DNA from: a virus
Taxonomy: Duplodnaviria > Heunggongvirae > Uroviricota > Caudoviricetes
DNA length: 64,000 nt
IMG/VR virus record: IMGVR_UViG_3300046008_000242
Location: 121,363 to 185,362 of that record
Reading direction: 5' to 3' (one strand)
The notes under the pieces: generated by a model
Databases searched by the model: none
Told to the model about the DNA's origin: nothing
What the model saw: only the letters and a program-made list of their open reading frames with translations
Program-made: the position numbers and the translations under genes
In this document: piece by piece, positions 41,422-51,927 of the stretch
Layout of the letters: the number at the start of each line of letters is the position of its first letter
Numbering within the stretch: position 1 is the stretch's first letter

Positions 41422-42339
41422 TTACATATCTGCAGCTAGTGAATTAAAGTACGACATTAAATCTTGTTCATCAGACGAACCACCAATTGATGGATTTGGA
41501 GCAGAAGCAACTTTCGGTTCATATGCAGGAGCCGATTTTGGTTCTGGAGCAGAATAACTATTGGTCATTGATGCTGCAGTAGGTGTTTCTGGTTGATTTG
41601 GATATAACACAGAATTAGCCTTACGAGATAATTCTTCAAAAGTTTTAAAGTTTTTAGGATCCAAGAATTCGCGCAAAGGATTTTGTTGTTGTAACACTGC
41701 CAACATTTTGTTTTCATCACCACCGCATAATTCAGATGGAGAATCAAAGAACGATTGGTCGTAGTTAGGATATCCTTCTACATTTTTAACACGGAGTTTG
41801 AAGTTTGCGCCTTCAAATGGACAGAATACATTGACTGGTTTATCTTCAGCAAATGCTGGTTTAGCTTTATCCATGATTTTATCAAAGATTTTTTTGCCAA
41901 ATTTAAAGAAGAACACTTTGCCGTTGTTGTCTGGATTAGCAGGGTCATTTACAATGTAGATATTTGCTGTAAATTGAGTTCTACGTTTTTGTTCGCGAGC
42001 CAAGTTTTTATCTGATTCAAGACCAGTGTTCCACAATTTTTGGTTGATTTCTGATAATGGATCATCTTGACCAATAGTCGTCAAAGAGTTTTCAATATAC
42101 CATTTGCCTGTTGGACCTTTGAATGCATGCGAATAGATGCGAACCCAAGGTAAATCATCACCTTCTACTTTAGGAAGGAAACGAATTTCAGCAGAACCAT
42201 TACCAACTTTATCACGGGTTGGTTTCCAGAAGCGAGTGTCATCATCGGAACGAGTTGACGGAGATACAATTTTTTCTAATTCAGCAGTGATTGAAGAGAA
42301 ATCAGCGTTGCGCATTTTACGTAAAGATTCGATGTTCAT
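41422..42339 (-). CDS. gp32: Single-stranded DNA-binding protein gp32
   Basis: 'DDTRFWKP..DKVGNG.A.IRFLP', 'WYIENSLTTIGQDDP', 'FGKKIFDKIM', acidic tail. Confidence 0.95.
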   Translation of the reverse strand: MNIESLRKMRNADFSSITAELEKIVSPSTRSDDDTRFWKPTRDKVGNGSAEIRFLPKVEGDDLPWVRIYSHAFKGPTGKWYIENSLTTIGQDDPLSEINQKLWNTGLESDKNLAREQKRRTQFTANIYIVNDPANPDNNGKVFFFKFGKKIFDKIMDKAKPAFAEDKPVNVFCPFEGANFKLRVKNVEGYPNYDQSFFDSPSELCGGDENKMLAVLQQQNPLREFLDPKNFKTFEELSRKANSVLYPNQPETPTAASMTNSYSAPEPKSAPAYEPKVASAPNPSIGGSSDEQDLMSYFNSLAADM

Positions 42340-42353
42340 AATTTTCCTTTGTT

Positions 42354-42959
42354 TTAAAAATTTAGTAGTTTTGTTTTAAACGAGTTGAGTAATGATTTTT
42401 CATATATTGTTATCATCTTATCAATATCTATATTAAAGAATCCATTGAATTTCTTCAATCTTAAAATATCTTTATTGAAAACCACAGAATCAACATTATC
42501 TAAGAAACCATTAATAGTATTTAGTATGTTAATTGTTTCTGGAGTAATTTGACCCGCCAGATACATTTTCCAGACTAATGGAACAGAACTTGAAAATTCA
42601 AATAAATTGGATTCATTTGTCTTGTCAATCTCAAGTTCAATAGTATCTATATCTTCTTTGAATGTATGAGTTATTGATTGTTTTCTTTTCAGGAACATCA
42701 AATAATTATCAACAGATTCATCTAAATTATAGATACAATTTACATTACCATAGGCAATGTTTGCTGCAATGAATTGAATCACTTCAATATCATCTTTAAA
42801 GTATTTTGCTGCACCTTCAAATAATTTATAATCTCTTCTTTTTAGGTAAGTTGCGTAAGTGTGACTGGTCTTACCTTTATGTGTGAAGATATTGTAATTT
42901 GCTTTTGTAAAATGCAGCTTAATAGATTGATAATAACAATACAGAGAGTATCCGTTCAT
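42354..42959 (-). CDS. gp59: Helicase loader gp59
   Basis: 'Y..Y.SIKLHFT...YNIF.H.GK', 'YL.G.ITPET..IL'; synteny gp33-gp59-gp32. Confidence 0.85.
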   Translation of the reverse strand: MNGYSLYCYYQSIKLHFTKANYNIFTHKGKTSHTYATYLKRRDYKLFEGAAKYFKDDIEVIQFIAANIAYGNVNCIYNLDESVDNYLMFLKRKQSITHTFKEDIDTIELEIDKTNESNLFEFSSSVPLVWKMYLAGQITPETINILNTINGFLDNVDSVVFNKDILRLKKFNGFFNIDIDKMITIYEKSLLNSFKTKLLNF

Positions 42960-42960
42960 C

Positions 42961-43176
42961 TTATAACTCTATGGTTGTTTTTCTTGGTAACATACCAGAA
43001 TCAATATATTCTTGTTCAATTTTATCTTTGATGGAACGATTTAACATCGGAACAATATCTGTTATTTCAAGTAAATGTTCTTCGCAATATTCCAATAATG
43101 TATCAATAATTGAAATCTTCATCACTTTGGCTTTCGATTCAATGAAGATTGAAAATTCGTTAATTGTATTAAACAT
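42961..43176 (-). CDS. gp33: Late transcription coactivator gp33
   Basis: 'FS..IE......IIDT.LEYCEE..LE......L..SIKDKIE.E'. Confidence 0.8.
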   Translation of the reverse strand: MFNTINEFSIFIESKAKVMKISIIDTLLEYCEEHLLEITDIVPMLNRSIKDKIEQEYIDSGMLPRKTTIEL

Positions 43177-43399
43177 TTAGACCTTTGTATCTTCTTGAGG
43201 AATTTCTGGTAATTGTGACCATTTAGAATCATAATTACCACCACGAATGTTTCCCATTATCTGCCAAATGGTTCCCATCATCACAAAGTACAGAATGTAT
43301 AACGACATGTTCTTCATTCTTTTTGCTTTCGATTGAGGATAGCGAAATAGGCTTTCTCATACAACTCCATTATATGATATTTTTAAAATAACGAAACTC

Positions 43400-43915
43400 T
43401 TAATTTCTCTCTTTATAAAATTGATGAGGTCCAACTTTAATGGATTTGGATATATGCATTTTTTTATTATGCGACATCCTACCCATATCAAAAAATGTTG
43501 AACCATTAGTAATATCTTTAACCTGATTACGGTAAATCATTTTTGCCATGTAAAACGATCTGAATTTTTCATCTTCTTTTATGGTTGGTAAATGTTTCAT
43601 ACAAGCATAAGAGAATTGACACATTCCATCAGTTTTCTGATGAGTAACACCACAGACAGTATCTGGGAATTTCTCAGATTTCACTCTATTCATAACCACT
43701 AGACCAACAGATGCCATACCCGTAACGGATTCACCTCTAGCTTCTCTGTATATAGCCTCACCCAAACAATTGATTTCTTTTTGGACAGAAATCGGTTTCC
43801 CAATTGATTTCTGTATAGAAGGAGATTTCTTATTTGTTGATTTCTTATCGATTCCATATACAACATTCATCGATAAAATTAAGATTAGAATAGTAGCTAT
43901 AATCTTTTTTAGCAT
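43400..43915 (-). CDS. Cell wall hydrolase, SleB family
   Basis: 'CLGEAIYREARGE...VG.VVMNRV.S..FPDTVCGV..Q....CQFS'. Confidence 0.9.
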   Translation of the reverse strand: MLKKIIATILILILSMNVVYGIDKKSTNKKSPSIQKSIGKPISVQKEINCLGEAIYREARGESVTGMASVGLVVMNRVKSEKFPDTVCGVTHQKTDGMCQFSYACMKHLPTIKEDEKFRSFYMAKMIYRNQVKDITNGSTFFDMGRMSHNKKMHISKSIKVGPHQFYKERN

Positions 43916-44020
43916 AATTTGTGTTCCTTTTTTGGCGCATGTATTAGGTACATTTAATACACACTTTCCAAATCAGCGTTATACTATATTATTTGCTACG
44001 ATTTGGACAAGGCATCCATA

Positions 44021-44686
44021 CTAAATTCCCGTAGATAATCTATAATCTTCTCTACATTGTTTAGCGGAAGCAATCCAAGGAAGAATTGGCTCGATAAAAA
44101 TTTGAGGTTCTTCATCATCAACTGAAATCAATACTACGATTTGTTTAACATTGATTCCAGTCAATTCTCGGAAAGACATTCCATAGAATGCACACTGTTG
44201 AAAGTAATTTGTAATCCATTCCTTACGTTTTAATTTGCCTGAAGTTTTAAAATCGATAACAGATAGTGCACCTTTATACTCTCCAATACAATCGGCGGTT
44301 CCTGCCACTTGTAATAGATCCGAGAATAATCTTATCTCAACTCCATGTACGTTATCAATATCATTTAAAATTGGTTTGAATTTATCCCAATTTTCCACAT
44401 CAAACTCATCTGGGAAAACTACATTATTGTTAATGTAATCTTCACATAATGAATGAATTCTAGTTCCTCTATTAGACGCTCTTGAGGAAATCTTATCGGC
44501 TTCAGTAGCCCCTACTTTATTCCTCCATTCATTAATTGATTCTCTTGATGCGTAACTTGTAACAGAAGTTACGCTTGGATATCTTTTACCAGTAGACGTT
44601 TGATAGAATCTAGAACCATTAACGTCAATTCTATCAGCTTGTGGTAACTCATGATGTATATGTTTAAACATTATTTTCTCATTCAC
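44021..44686 (-). CDS. PD-(D/E)xK exonuclease of T4-like phages
   Basis: 'R.Y....G..YPSVTSV', 'RGT.IH..CE.Y', 'AGTADCIGEY.G.LSVIDFKTS'. Confidence 0.85.
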   Translation of the reverse strand: MNEKIMFKHIHHELPQADRIDVNGSRFYQTSTGKRYPSVTSVTSYASRESINEWRNKVGATEADKISSRASNRGTRIHSLCEDYINNNVVFPDEFDVENWDKFKPILNDIDNVHGVEIRLFSDLLQVAGTADCIGEYKGALSVIDFKTSGKLKRKEWITNYFQQCAFYGMSFRELTGINVKQIVVLISVDDEEPQIFIEPILPWIASAKQCREDYRLSTGI

Positions 44687-44725
44687 TTTTATACATATTA
44701 TTTTTATCCAATAACGTTTATCTAT

Positions 44726-44974
44726 TTAGATGTTAGTTGTTCTGTTCAGGACGGAACCTGGAGTTTTTGAATGTATCTTCTGTAATACTTCTTTGAATCC
44801 ATTATCCTTACGTCTAGAAGCATCTAATTTATGAGAATCAATTAGAGCAGTTCCACCTGTAATAACAATTTGCATCTTAGGATTCTCATCTTTGAAAGTG
44901 TCCAAAGATGAGATAGACATAAATTTCTCAACAATTTCATCTGTGTCTACATTTTTAAACGTATAAAATGGCAT
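44726..44974 (-). CDS. FmdB-like small regulatory protein
   Basis: 'MPFYTFKN..T.E..E.FMSIS...F..ENP', 'GFKEVLQKIH..TPGS'; start trimmed from the ORF-track call. Confidence 0.65.
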   Translation of the reverse strand: MPFYTFKNVDTDEIVEKFMSISSLDTFKDENPKMQIVITGGTALIDSHKLDASRRKDNGFKEVLQKIHSKTPGSVLNRTTNI

Positions 44975-44975
44975 A

Positions 44976-45401
44976 TTATAATTGTACCAGATAGATGGAT
45001 TTACAAAGTTCAGTTTTCTTTTTAGTTGTTCGTTTAGAATCAACATAATTTTGGATCCAAACTTCTCTATCAGATAATGTTGAAGACCAATACCAACCAC
45101 CAGAAAACCATTTACGATTTGTTCTCAATAAATCCAATAACATTTCTTTTGTTGGCAATTCGCCATTTAATGTAACGGATTTGTCGATAGATTCATACCA
45201 TGTTAATGGTTCATCTACAACCAAGACTTTATAATTGGTTCCATTAACTGTAATCTGATTTTCGATTACAGTTTCTTCAATCACTTGTTCTGGTTGAACA
45301 GACGGTTCTTCTTGGATTACTTCTTTTGTAATTTTACTCTTAACAGATTTTACAGTCTTCCGTTCTTCTACGATAGGTTCATCAACTTCTTGTAATGACA
45401 T
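44976..45401 (-). CDS. Hypothetical protein with DUF1566-like C-terminus
   Basis: 'LPTKEML...WYWSST' motif. Confidence 0.5.
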   Translation of the reverse strand: MSLQEVDEPIVEERKTVKSVKSKITKEVIQEEPSVQPEQVIEETVIENQITVNGTNYKVLVVDEPLTWYESIDKSVTLNGELPTKEMLLDLLRTNRKWFSGGWYWSSTLSDREVWIQNYVDSKRTTKKKTELCKSIYLVQL

Positions 45402-45411
45402 ATTTTATCCT

Positions 45412-45642
45412 TTAGATGTTCAACATTGTTCCAAATCCATAAATTGTTAGCATTCCAGCATTAACTGTAATCATGGCTTTATCTTTAATCCTAAGAGCCC
45501 ATATAGTGAATAACAATGAACCGATATTCAATACGATAATGTTAAAAGGAGATAAACCGATTGAAGTTAAGATGGCACCAAATAATGACACAACAGTTGC
45601 CACCCATTTAATCTGTTCAGTAATTTTTTTAGACCTAGACAT
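45412..45642 (-). CDS. Small membrane protein
   Basis: Three hydrophobic segments; 'IKWVAT' start. Confidence 0.65.
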   Translation of the reverse strand: MSRSKKITEQIKWVATVVSLFGAILTSIGLSPFNIIVLNIGSLLFTIWALRIKDKAMITVNAGMLTIYGFGTMLNI

Positions 45643-45683
45643 GTTTCCTCTTATTAATTGTTTGTGTTAAATTACTTAATGCT

Positions 45684-45929
45684 TTAAATTTCAAGCATAT
45701 AAATTTGTTTTTGGTTAAAATCAATGGTAAATTTGACTTCTTCAGAATCAGACAAAACAGATACAACATATTTAGTTTCATCCGTTTTGTCTAAAGTGTA
45801 AACATTAACTTCATGGATTAAAGCTAATTCTTCTCTCAAAACTTTTAATGTTTTTGAAACAGACGTTTTAACAAAGATTTGGTTTAATGAACCAAGTTTA
45901 ATCATACCAGCAATAACAAAATATAACAT
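45684..45929 (-). CDS. Hypothetical protein
   Basis: 81 aa; TTTCGA-family promoter at 45974-46001. Confidence 0.55.
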   Translation of the reverse strand: MLYFVIAGMIKLGSLNQIFVKTSVSKTLKVLREELALIHEVNVYTLDKTDETKYVVSVLSDSEEVKFTIDFNQKQIYMLEI

Positions 45930-46027
45930 GACAACCTCTCAAATAAAATTTAAAATTAACCAACTTGAAATCTATTATAAAGGTTATCTTTACGTTCGAA
46001 AGATTTATTTTTAATATTCTCGAATAA

Positions 46028-46261
46028 TCATAATTTATCCAACTCTGCTTGTAAAATGTTAATACGTTCTTGTAATAACTTACGAGTATTTTCAGTTCTT
46101 TCGATTTTCAATACATGAAGAGCTTCAATCATATCATCAAGTTCATTACCGTTGATGATTTCTAAAACAGCACAACAATCATTCCCTTCCGATTCAATAC
46201 GTAAATTTCCATCATCATCAATGGAAAAATCCAAATCGCCAAATCTATAACAACTTGTCAT
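46028..46261 (-). CDS. Hypothetical protein
   Basis: 77 aa in operon. Confidence 0.55.
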   Translation of the reverse strand: MTSCYRFGDLDFSIDDDGNLRIESEGNDCCAVLEIINGNELDDMIEALHVLKIERTENTRKLLQERINILQAELDKL

Positions 46262-46262
46262 T

Positions 46263-46448
46263 TTAAACTCCTCTGAATATATAAAAATCGATAAATTTAT
46301 AGAACAATTTTGACGACATTACAACATTTTCAACTGGATTGAATTGTTCCATCTGACCAACTAGATAATCTTGATATACATCATCTTCACCATTTAATCT
46401 ATCAGACCGATATTGACTTCTTAACCTTTTGAATTCAACCTTGTTCAT
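46263..46448 (-). CDS. Hypothetical protein
   Basis: 61 aa; promoter-family copy at 46484-46511. Confidence 0.55.
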   Translation of the reverse strand: MNKVEFKRLRSQYRSDRLNGEDDVYQDYLVGQMEQFNPVENVVMSSKLFYKFIDFYIFRGV

Positions 46449-46514
46449 AGATAACCTCTACATTTAAAATTAACATGAATTCTATTATAAAGGTTATCTT
46501 GTCCGTAGAAAGAA

Positions 46515-47083
46515 TTATTTTTTAGATAATTTACTCATGTTCATGGCGGATGATTTAGACAATGAAACTGTAGTTGGTTTAGGGTTAGATGACAATTTCG
46601 ACATATCCATTGATGATTTAACTGGAACAGATGTTGGAATTGGAGTTACACTTGATGGCGGTTTATAAGAAGCAGATTGACTCAATTTATTCATATCCAT
46701 TGCCGATTGTTTAGGAGTAACAACTGGAACGGGTTGTGGTGCATTATTCGGAGCAACAACTTGTTGAACAGGAACATTAGTTTGACGATTATCAATGATA
46801 ACAGTTTTATGTTCAACAACTCTTTCTACTTGTTTATCATTAGAATTCATTGCGTTAGAGATGGCATGACCTAATAATGCCCAGTAGCCATATTCATTAA
46901 TGTATTATCTTGTTGATTGACAACCGCAGGTGCTGCCACAACTTGAGGTTGAACCATGGCAGGTTGTTGGATTACCACAGGGGTTTGTTGTTGTGGATAT
47001 TGTTGGTAATTATTCTGGTTTGGTTTATCTGAACAAGCTGTTAATAGAGTTCCGATTGTCATCACTAATACTAATTTTTTCAT
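46515..47083 (-). CDS. Lipoprotein split by a -1 frameshift near 46884; C-terminal M(D/N)M(N/S)KLS repeats
   Basis: Lipobox 'LLTAC'; adding one base restores MATGALLGHAISNAMNSND. Confidence 0.55.
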
Positions 47084-47094
47084 ATATAAAATTC

Positions 47095-48816
47095 CTATTG
47101 GTTATCGTCCACTATGACTGAGAAGTCATTACGTTTTTCAAATTTAATTACATTTGGTATCTTTTCGACATTTGCTGGATTATGTGAGATAACGAAAATG
47201 TTTGAACCCTTTAATTCCTTCAATAGATTTAGGATAAACTCATTACCCTCTGCGTCTAATGATGCATCTAACACTTCATCCAGAATCAACAAGTTTGTGT
47301 TGGCAGAGTTTTTCAATCTAGCAATTTCTCTCCAACAGAATAACAACGCAATGTTGATTCGGAACTTTTCACCTTCGGAAAAGTTAGAAAACGTCATACT
47401 ATCTCTATGGCGAGATTTAATGGTCTCATTAAAATTCTCATCTAATGTGAATCCAACGTAGAAGTCCATTATATGGAGATACTTGTTGATAATGTTATTC
47501 ATGGCAGGAATATATTCTTTGATGATAGAGGATTTGATGCCACCATCTTTCAACAATAATAATCCAGCTTCCTCGATTGACGATTTTTCTAACAATTCAT
47601 TCTTTCTGTTAATCCATGAGATTGCGTTATCAACCAATTCTTTCAACAACAATTTCTCTTTATCGATATCACCAACACTACCAGCGGCATCCTCAAGATC
47701 CTTCTTAAACTTGTTTATCTGATTGTCTTCAAACCTAATCTCAGATTCAAGTTTAGATTTCTCTGTTGAGATTTTTGTTATCATGGTTTCAATTGATATC
47801 AATTCAGTCAACTGTCTATCAACTGTTTCAAATTCAACATTAAAATTATATAAAGATTCATCCAGAATAGAAACCGATTCGGATAATGAAGCAAGAATTG
47901 TATCAGAATGGTCATGAGTGATTTCCTGTTTACATAATTCACATTCTTGGTTATCCTTGAAGAATTTCTTCGATTTATCTAATGTTTCAATCTCATGTTT
48001 AATCTTCCTGATAGAATTATTCAATGTCGAATATCTATTGGATAACATTTCTTTATCAACAATCAACAATTTCTTAGATTCAATATCATTGACAACCAAA
48101 CCCAATAGATTCTTCTTCTTAAGGTTTGATGTTTCATGTTCATCAATCTTGGTTTGGATAAAATCAATCTCAGATTGTTTATTGGTCTCAAGGTGTTTAA
48201 TAATCTTCTGCTGGGATTCAACCTTATTCTTAGCCAATGTCAAATTAGAATCAATATATTTGATTTCCTCTTTGGTCTTCTGTGATTGTTCTTTCAACAA
48301 TGTATTCATCACAGAGAAGATCCTGATGTCAAGGATATCCTCAACAATTTCTCTACGTTGGGATGATGATAATAACATGAATGGTATATATGATGATGCT
48401 CCTAAGATTACCACCTGACAGAACGTCTTATAGTTCATCTTCAGTATCTGTTGCTCCAAGATAATCTGATAATCCTTGACCGCAGATTCCTGATTCAACA
48501 ATACATCATTCTGATATATCTCAAAAATGTTTGGTTTGATTCCTCGTCTAACCAAATATCTTACACCAGATTCCGAAAATTCAATTTCTGTAACTAAATT
48601 CTTCTGGTTGATAGAATTAACCAATTGACCCTTGGTTATATTTCGATATGGTCGTCCGAACAACGCAAACGCCACTGAATCTAGTATGCCTGAAGTTTTT
48701 CCTGACCCGTTAGATCCTGTCACTACTGTGGACGCGTGGGCATCCAATATCATTTCACTGAAATTATTACCAGTAGATAATAAATTCTTCCATCTTACTT
48801 TATGAAATATAATCAT
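47095..48816 (-). CDS. gp46: Recombination endonuclease subunit gp46 (Rad50/SbcC-like)
   Basis: 'WKNLLSTGN', 'GSNGSGKT', 'FSEGEKFRINIALLFCWR', 'LILDEVLDASLD'. Confidence 0.95.
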   Translation of the reverse strand: MIIFHKVRWKNLLSTGNNFSEMILDAHASTVVTGSNGSGKTSGILDSVAFALFGRPYRNITKGQLVNSINQKNLVTEIEFSESGVRYLVRRGIKPNIFEIYQNDVLLNQESAVKDYQIILEQQILKMNYKTFCQVVILGASSYIPFMLLSSSQRREIVEDILDIRIFSVMNTLLKEQSQKTKEEIKYIDSNLTLAKNKVESQQKIIKHLETNKQSEIDFIQTKIDEHETSNLKKKNLLGLVVNDIESKKLLIVDKEMLSNRYSTLNNSIRKIKHEIETLDKSKKFFKDNQECELCKQEITHDHSDTILASLSESVSILDESLYNFNVEFETVDRQLTELISIETMITKISTEKSKLESEIRFEDNQINKFKKDLEDAAGSVGDIDKEKLLLKELVDNAISWINRKNELLEKSSIEEAGLLLLKDGGIKSSIIKEYIPAMNNIINKYLHIMDFYVGFTLDENFNETIKSRHRDSMTFSNFSEGEKFRINIALLFCWREIARLKNSANTNLLILDEVLDASLDAEGNEFILNLLKELKGSNIFVISHNPANVEKIPNVIKFEKRNDFSVIVDDNQ

Positions 48817-48819
48817 ACT

Positions 48820-49896
48820 CTATCCTTTGTCCGATACATTGATTGCTTCATTGAACAGACCAGATAATAGATTTTTAATCTTTTGTTTATCACATTTTGA
48901 TTCAATGGAATCAACGTAATTACTCATGATAACTCTGGTGTCAGTTAAATCAATCTTCTCATCGATAATGCCATCTTGATATTCAGATAGATCCTCCATG
49001 ACTTTAATATCATTACAACCAGCAGAATATAATCGTTTCATGAATGTATCATATGCATATAGATCTTTCTTATTGATTACGATAACTTTAACATATTTCC
49101 CAGAATACTGAGAAGTTGATTCTTTTGTATAATCAGTGTTCGAATCATCATATTCAATTCTGGCGAATACTTTATGTGGATTTGGAATAAACTCTCTGTT
49201 AAGAGTTTTAATATCAAGTACATGGAATCCTTTCTGGTCGTTATAATCACTCCAGGTCATCTCATATGGAATTCCTGTATAGTGTACATTACCATTATTA
49301 GATTGAGTGTGGAAATGTCCCGTTAGAATCAAATCGTATTTCTTGTAGAAATCATCTAATACAATACCACCATGACTTTCTACACCCTTATACATCGGGA
49401 AATTTGCAAATTCAAAGTGACCAATACACAATTTAGAAGAGCTTTCTTGAATCATCTTATTGACAACAGCTCTATTTTCAGCGCAGATCCAAGGAATAAT
49501 ATCAATAGAGATTCCGTTGAAATCAATGGTAGTTGGTTTGTCATACACCGTAATGTTATCATATTCCTTTAATAACAGACTTGATGAATTGACTTCTAAT
49601 GTTTCTCTGAAGTAAATATCATGATTGCCAACCAACGTATGGAGTTTGATATTGTTTTCTTTTAGTTTGTCGAAGAAGCATTTTCTGGCTTCATATAGAC
49701 TTAGGAAATTGATGGATTTCCTTGTATCAAATAGATCCCCTAATTGGAATACGGTATCAATGTTATTTTCTTTTAGATAAGGAATTAATACATCATTTGC
49801 GAATAGATCTAATTGTTTATGGAATACCAGACTCGAATTGCGGACAGCAATATGGATATCCCCTAGGACGCAGACTTTATCCATCGACAACCTCAA
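48820..49896 (-). CDS. gp47: Recombination nuclease subunit gp47 (Mre11/SbcD-like)
   Basis: 'GDIH', 'QLGDLFD.RK', 'LVGNHD', 'GHFH', 'Y.G.PYEMTWSD'. Confidence 0.95.
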   Translation of the reverse strand: MRLSMDKVCVLGDIHIAVRNSSLVFHKQLDLFANDVLIPYLKENNIDTVFQLGDLFDTRKSINFLSLYEARKCFFDKLKENNIKLHTLVGNHDIYFRETLEVNSSSLLLKEYDNITVYDKPTTIDFNGISIDIIPWICAENRAVVNKMIQESSSKLCIGHFEFANFPMYKGVESHGGIVLDDFYKKYDLILTGHFHTQSNNGNVHYTGIPYEMTWSDYNDQKGFHVLDIKTLNREFIPNPHKVFARIEYDDSNTDYTKESTSQYSGKYVKVIVINKKDLYAYDTFMKRLYSAGCNDIKVMEDLSEYQDGIIDEKIDLTDTRVIMSNYVDSIESKCDKQKIKNLLSGLFNEAINVSDKG

Positions 49897-50158
49897 TATG
49901 AATTTTTGATTCTGATACCGTAACCACTATCTTACTTTTGTTCATGGTGTGTAATTCAAATTCATAATATTGTTCCAATACCATTAAATGATAACAATGT
50001 ACAGTAGGGTCTACTCTCCAAGCATTATCAAAAACACTTTCAAAATCATACGATTTGAATTTTAATGTTCCCGAATCAAATAGAGAAATTATTTTATTGA
50101 TTACAAATGTATCATTTCTCAAATTTGTGGATTTACCCATTAGATTTACATCAATCAT
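49877..50158 (-). CDS. Hypothetical protein
   Basis: 93 aa between gp55 and gp47. Confidence 0.55.
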   Translation of the reverse strand: MIDVNLMGKSTNLRNDTFVINKIISLFDSGTLKFKSYDFESVFDNAWRVDPTVHCYHLMVLEQYYEFELHTMNKSKIVVTVSESKIHIEVVDG

Positions 50159-50487
50159 TTCTTATTTCCTTTTACGTTGATTCTAATTGTCCCATATCCA
50201 AATCGAATTTTAATTTTGATGTTTAATTTGGTTATTGCTCTGAGTTTGGTTACATAGATACCAGCATTTTCAATTTTATAAAATTCAATATAATCAAACG
50301 AGGTTTTATCTAATTTACGAAACCATTTTAATAAATCTGCGGATAACAATTCATGATTGTAATTGTTACGTAAATCTAATATGAATTCTGGGTTATCAAT
50401 GTTTCCAATTAGGTAATCAATATCAACTAAACTTCTATTGATTAAATTTACATCACCTTTAATTTCAATTTCCATTTTATACTCCAA
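50155..50487 (-). CDS. Hypothetical protein, distant paralog of 49877-50158
   Basis: Similar 'DVNL', 'YY.FE' and terminal beta-strand pattern. Confidence 0.5.
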   Translation of the reverse strand: MEYKMEIEIKGDVNLINRSLVDIDYLIGNIDNPEFILDLRNNYNHELLSADLLKWFRKLDKTSFDYIEFYKIENAGIYVTKLRAITKLNIKIKIRFGYGTIRINVKGNKK

Positions 50488-50490
50488 CTT

Positions 50491-51135
50491 TCATAGATCT
50501 TCAGATAGGAATTCTTCAATTTCTGTTTCATCAATATCCAATTCAGGAATATCAATTTCTTCAATTTTGGTTTCATCTTCCAAGAAATCCATTAACGAAT
50601 TTCGATGTTCCTTAATGGGTTTTTCTTTTATCTTCTTTTCGTAGTATTCAGAATAATCAGTTTGTTGATAACTTTTAATAATTTCAACATATTCTGTTAC
50701 AATGTCTTGATTATCGGTTTCATTTTCCAGGATAGAAGATAAATCAACATTTTTAATTAATTGTTGTCTAATGTATGTCTGTTTGCGTTCTTTGAGGATA
50801 CGCTGGACAAATGTATTATGTACAGAAGCAGTAATATACGAAAATGGTTGAGTAGAACGTTCTGGATCAAAAGAATCAAAATACTTGATGCCATTTAGGA
50901 TGGCATCTTGAATCATCTCATCTTTAAATGAATAACTAAAGAATCCAGGTCTGTTGGCATATTTGTGAGCAATTTTAATGATACATTCTGCTTGGTATCT
51001 AGTGATTGGTGGTTTTGGTTTACCTTCCAATTCGGCTTCCTTGATTAAACGTTTTCGTTCAACAATAGAATTATAAAGTTTTTCTTTGTTAACATATTCG
51101 CGTTTCTCTACTTCTTGTTTTGTTTCTTCCGTCAA
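50491..51135 (-). CDS. gp55: Late-transcription sigma factor gp55
   Basis: 'YVNKEKLY', 'RPGFFSYSFKDEMIQDAI.N...YFDSFDPE.S..PFSYIT....N.F.QRI.KE.KQ'. Confidence 0.93.
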   Translation of the reverse strand: MTEETKQEVEKREYVNKEKLYNSIVERKRLIKEAELEGKPKPPITRYQAECIIKIAHKYANRPGFFSYSFKDEMIQDAILNGIKYFDSFDPERSTQPFSYITASVHNTFVQRILKERKQTYIRQQLIKNVDLSSILENETDNQDIVTEYVEIIKSYQQTDYSEYYEKKIKEKPIKEHRNSLMDFLEDETKIEEIDIPELDIDETEIEEFLSEDL

Positions 51136-51215
51136 GATGGTTCTCCAAGGTTATTATTGAATAATCTATTATACTTGATTATTCATTTAATACAAGATTA
51201 TTAAGACATCTATAT

Positions 51216-51324
51216 ACATCCATTATTTGTCGTTTAACCAATGTTCATTCTATATAACATAGAGTTGATTGCTCTGTATACATAACGTTCCATTATAGTG
51301 GATTATTGGACAAATATGGATGTA
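51216..51324 (-). repeat. Solo copy of the ~105-bp inverted-repeat-bounded element found in the arrays
   Basis: CATCCATTATTTGTC...GACAAATATGGATG ends; internal CATAGAGTTGATTG box. Confidence 0.8.
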
Positions 51325-51453
51325 TTATAAGACATTATTACATGTAATTAAATCTATCAATACCATCTATACCGATATTGTATAAGATATAGTTGTTTCC
51401 GTCCACCAATAGATAAACTTCACCATATCTGAATTCACCTTTACCGCTTACGT

Positions 51454-51924
51454 TCATGATACTCTCTCAAATGATTTTAGGAATTCATCTAATGGGATTG
51501 TTGCATCATAATCGTTGGTCGTATATGTCACAGAATTATACACCAATTGTTTTGAAAACATTTTACCAACAGTTACAATCTCATGTTCTGTGTTAAATTC
51601 AGAGAATTTCCAGACTTGTCCTGGAGCAGGAACATCCCATTTCTCCACCATATGTTCTTTAATTGTAAATGTTTGAGATGCCAACCATTTGAACATAAGA
51701 TCTTTGACTTCAGATTCCTTCATGTATCTGTCGATATTGGAATGTTGTAACATATAATTCCATAACGAATCAACATCATTTCTTGATAATCCAACCACAA
51801 TCTGTTCTGGGTTATTTTGTTCAATCCATTTTGCTATCTCAGATTCAATATCCTTCATTGGAACAGATTTAATATGAGATACAAATTGGTGAACCTTACT
51901 GTCTGGAAATACTTTAGATGTCAT
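51454..51924 (-). CDS. Hypothetical protein
   Basis: 156 aa, AAGGAG RBS. Confidence 0.6.
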   Translation of the reverse strand: MTSKVFPDSKVHQFVSHIKSVPMKDIESEIAKWIEQNNPEQIVVGLSRNDVDSLWNYMLQHSNIDRYMKESEVKDLMFKWLASQTFTIKEHMVEKWDVPAPGQVWKFSEFNTEHEIVTVGKMFSKQLVYNSVTYTTNDYDATIPLDEFLKSFERVS

Positions 51925-51927
51925 ATG

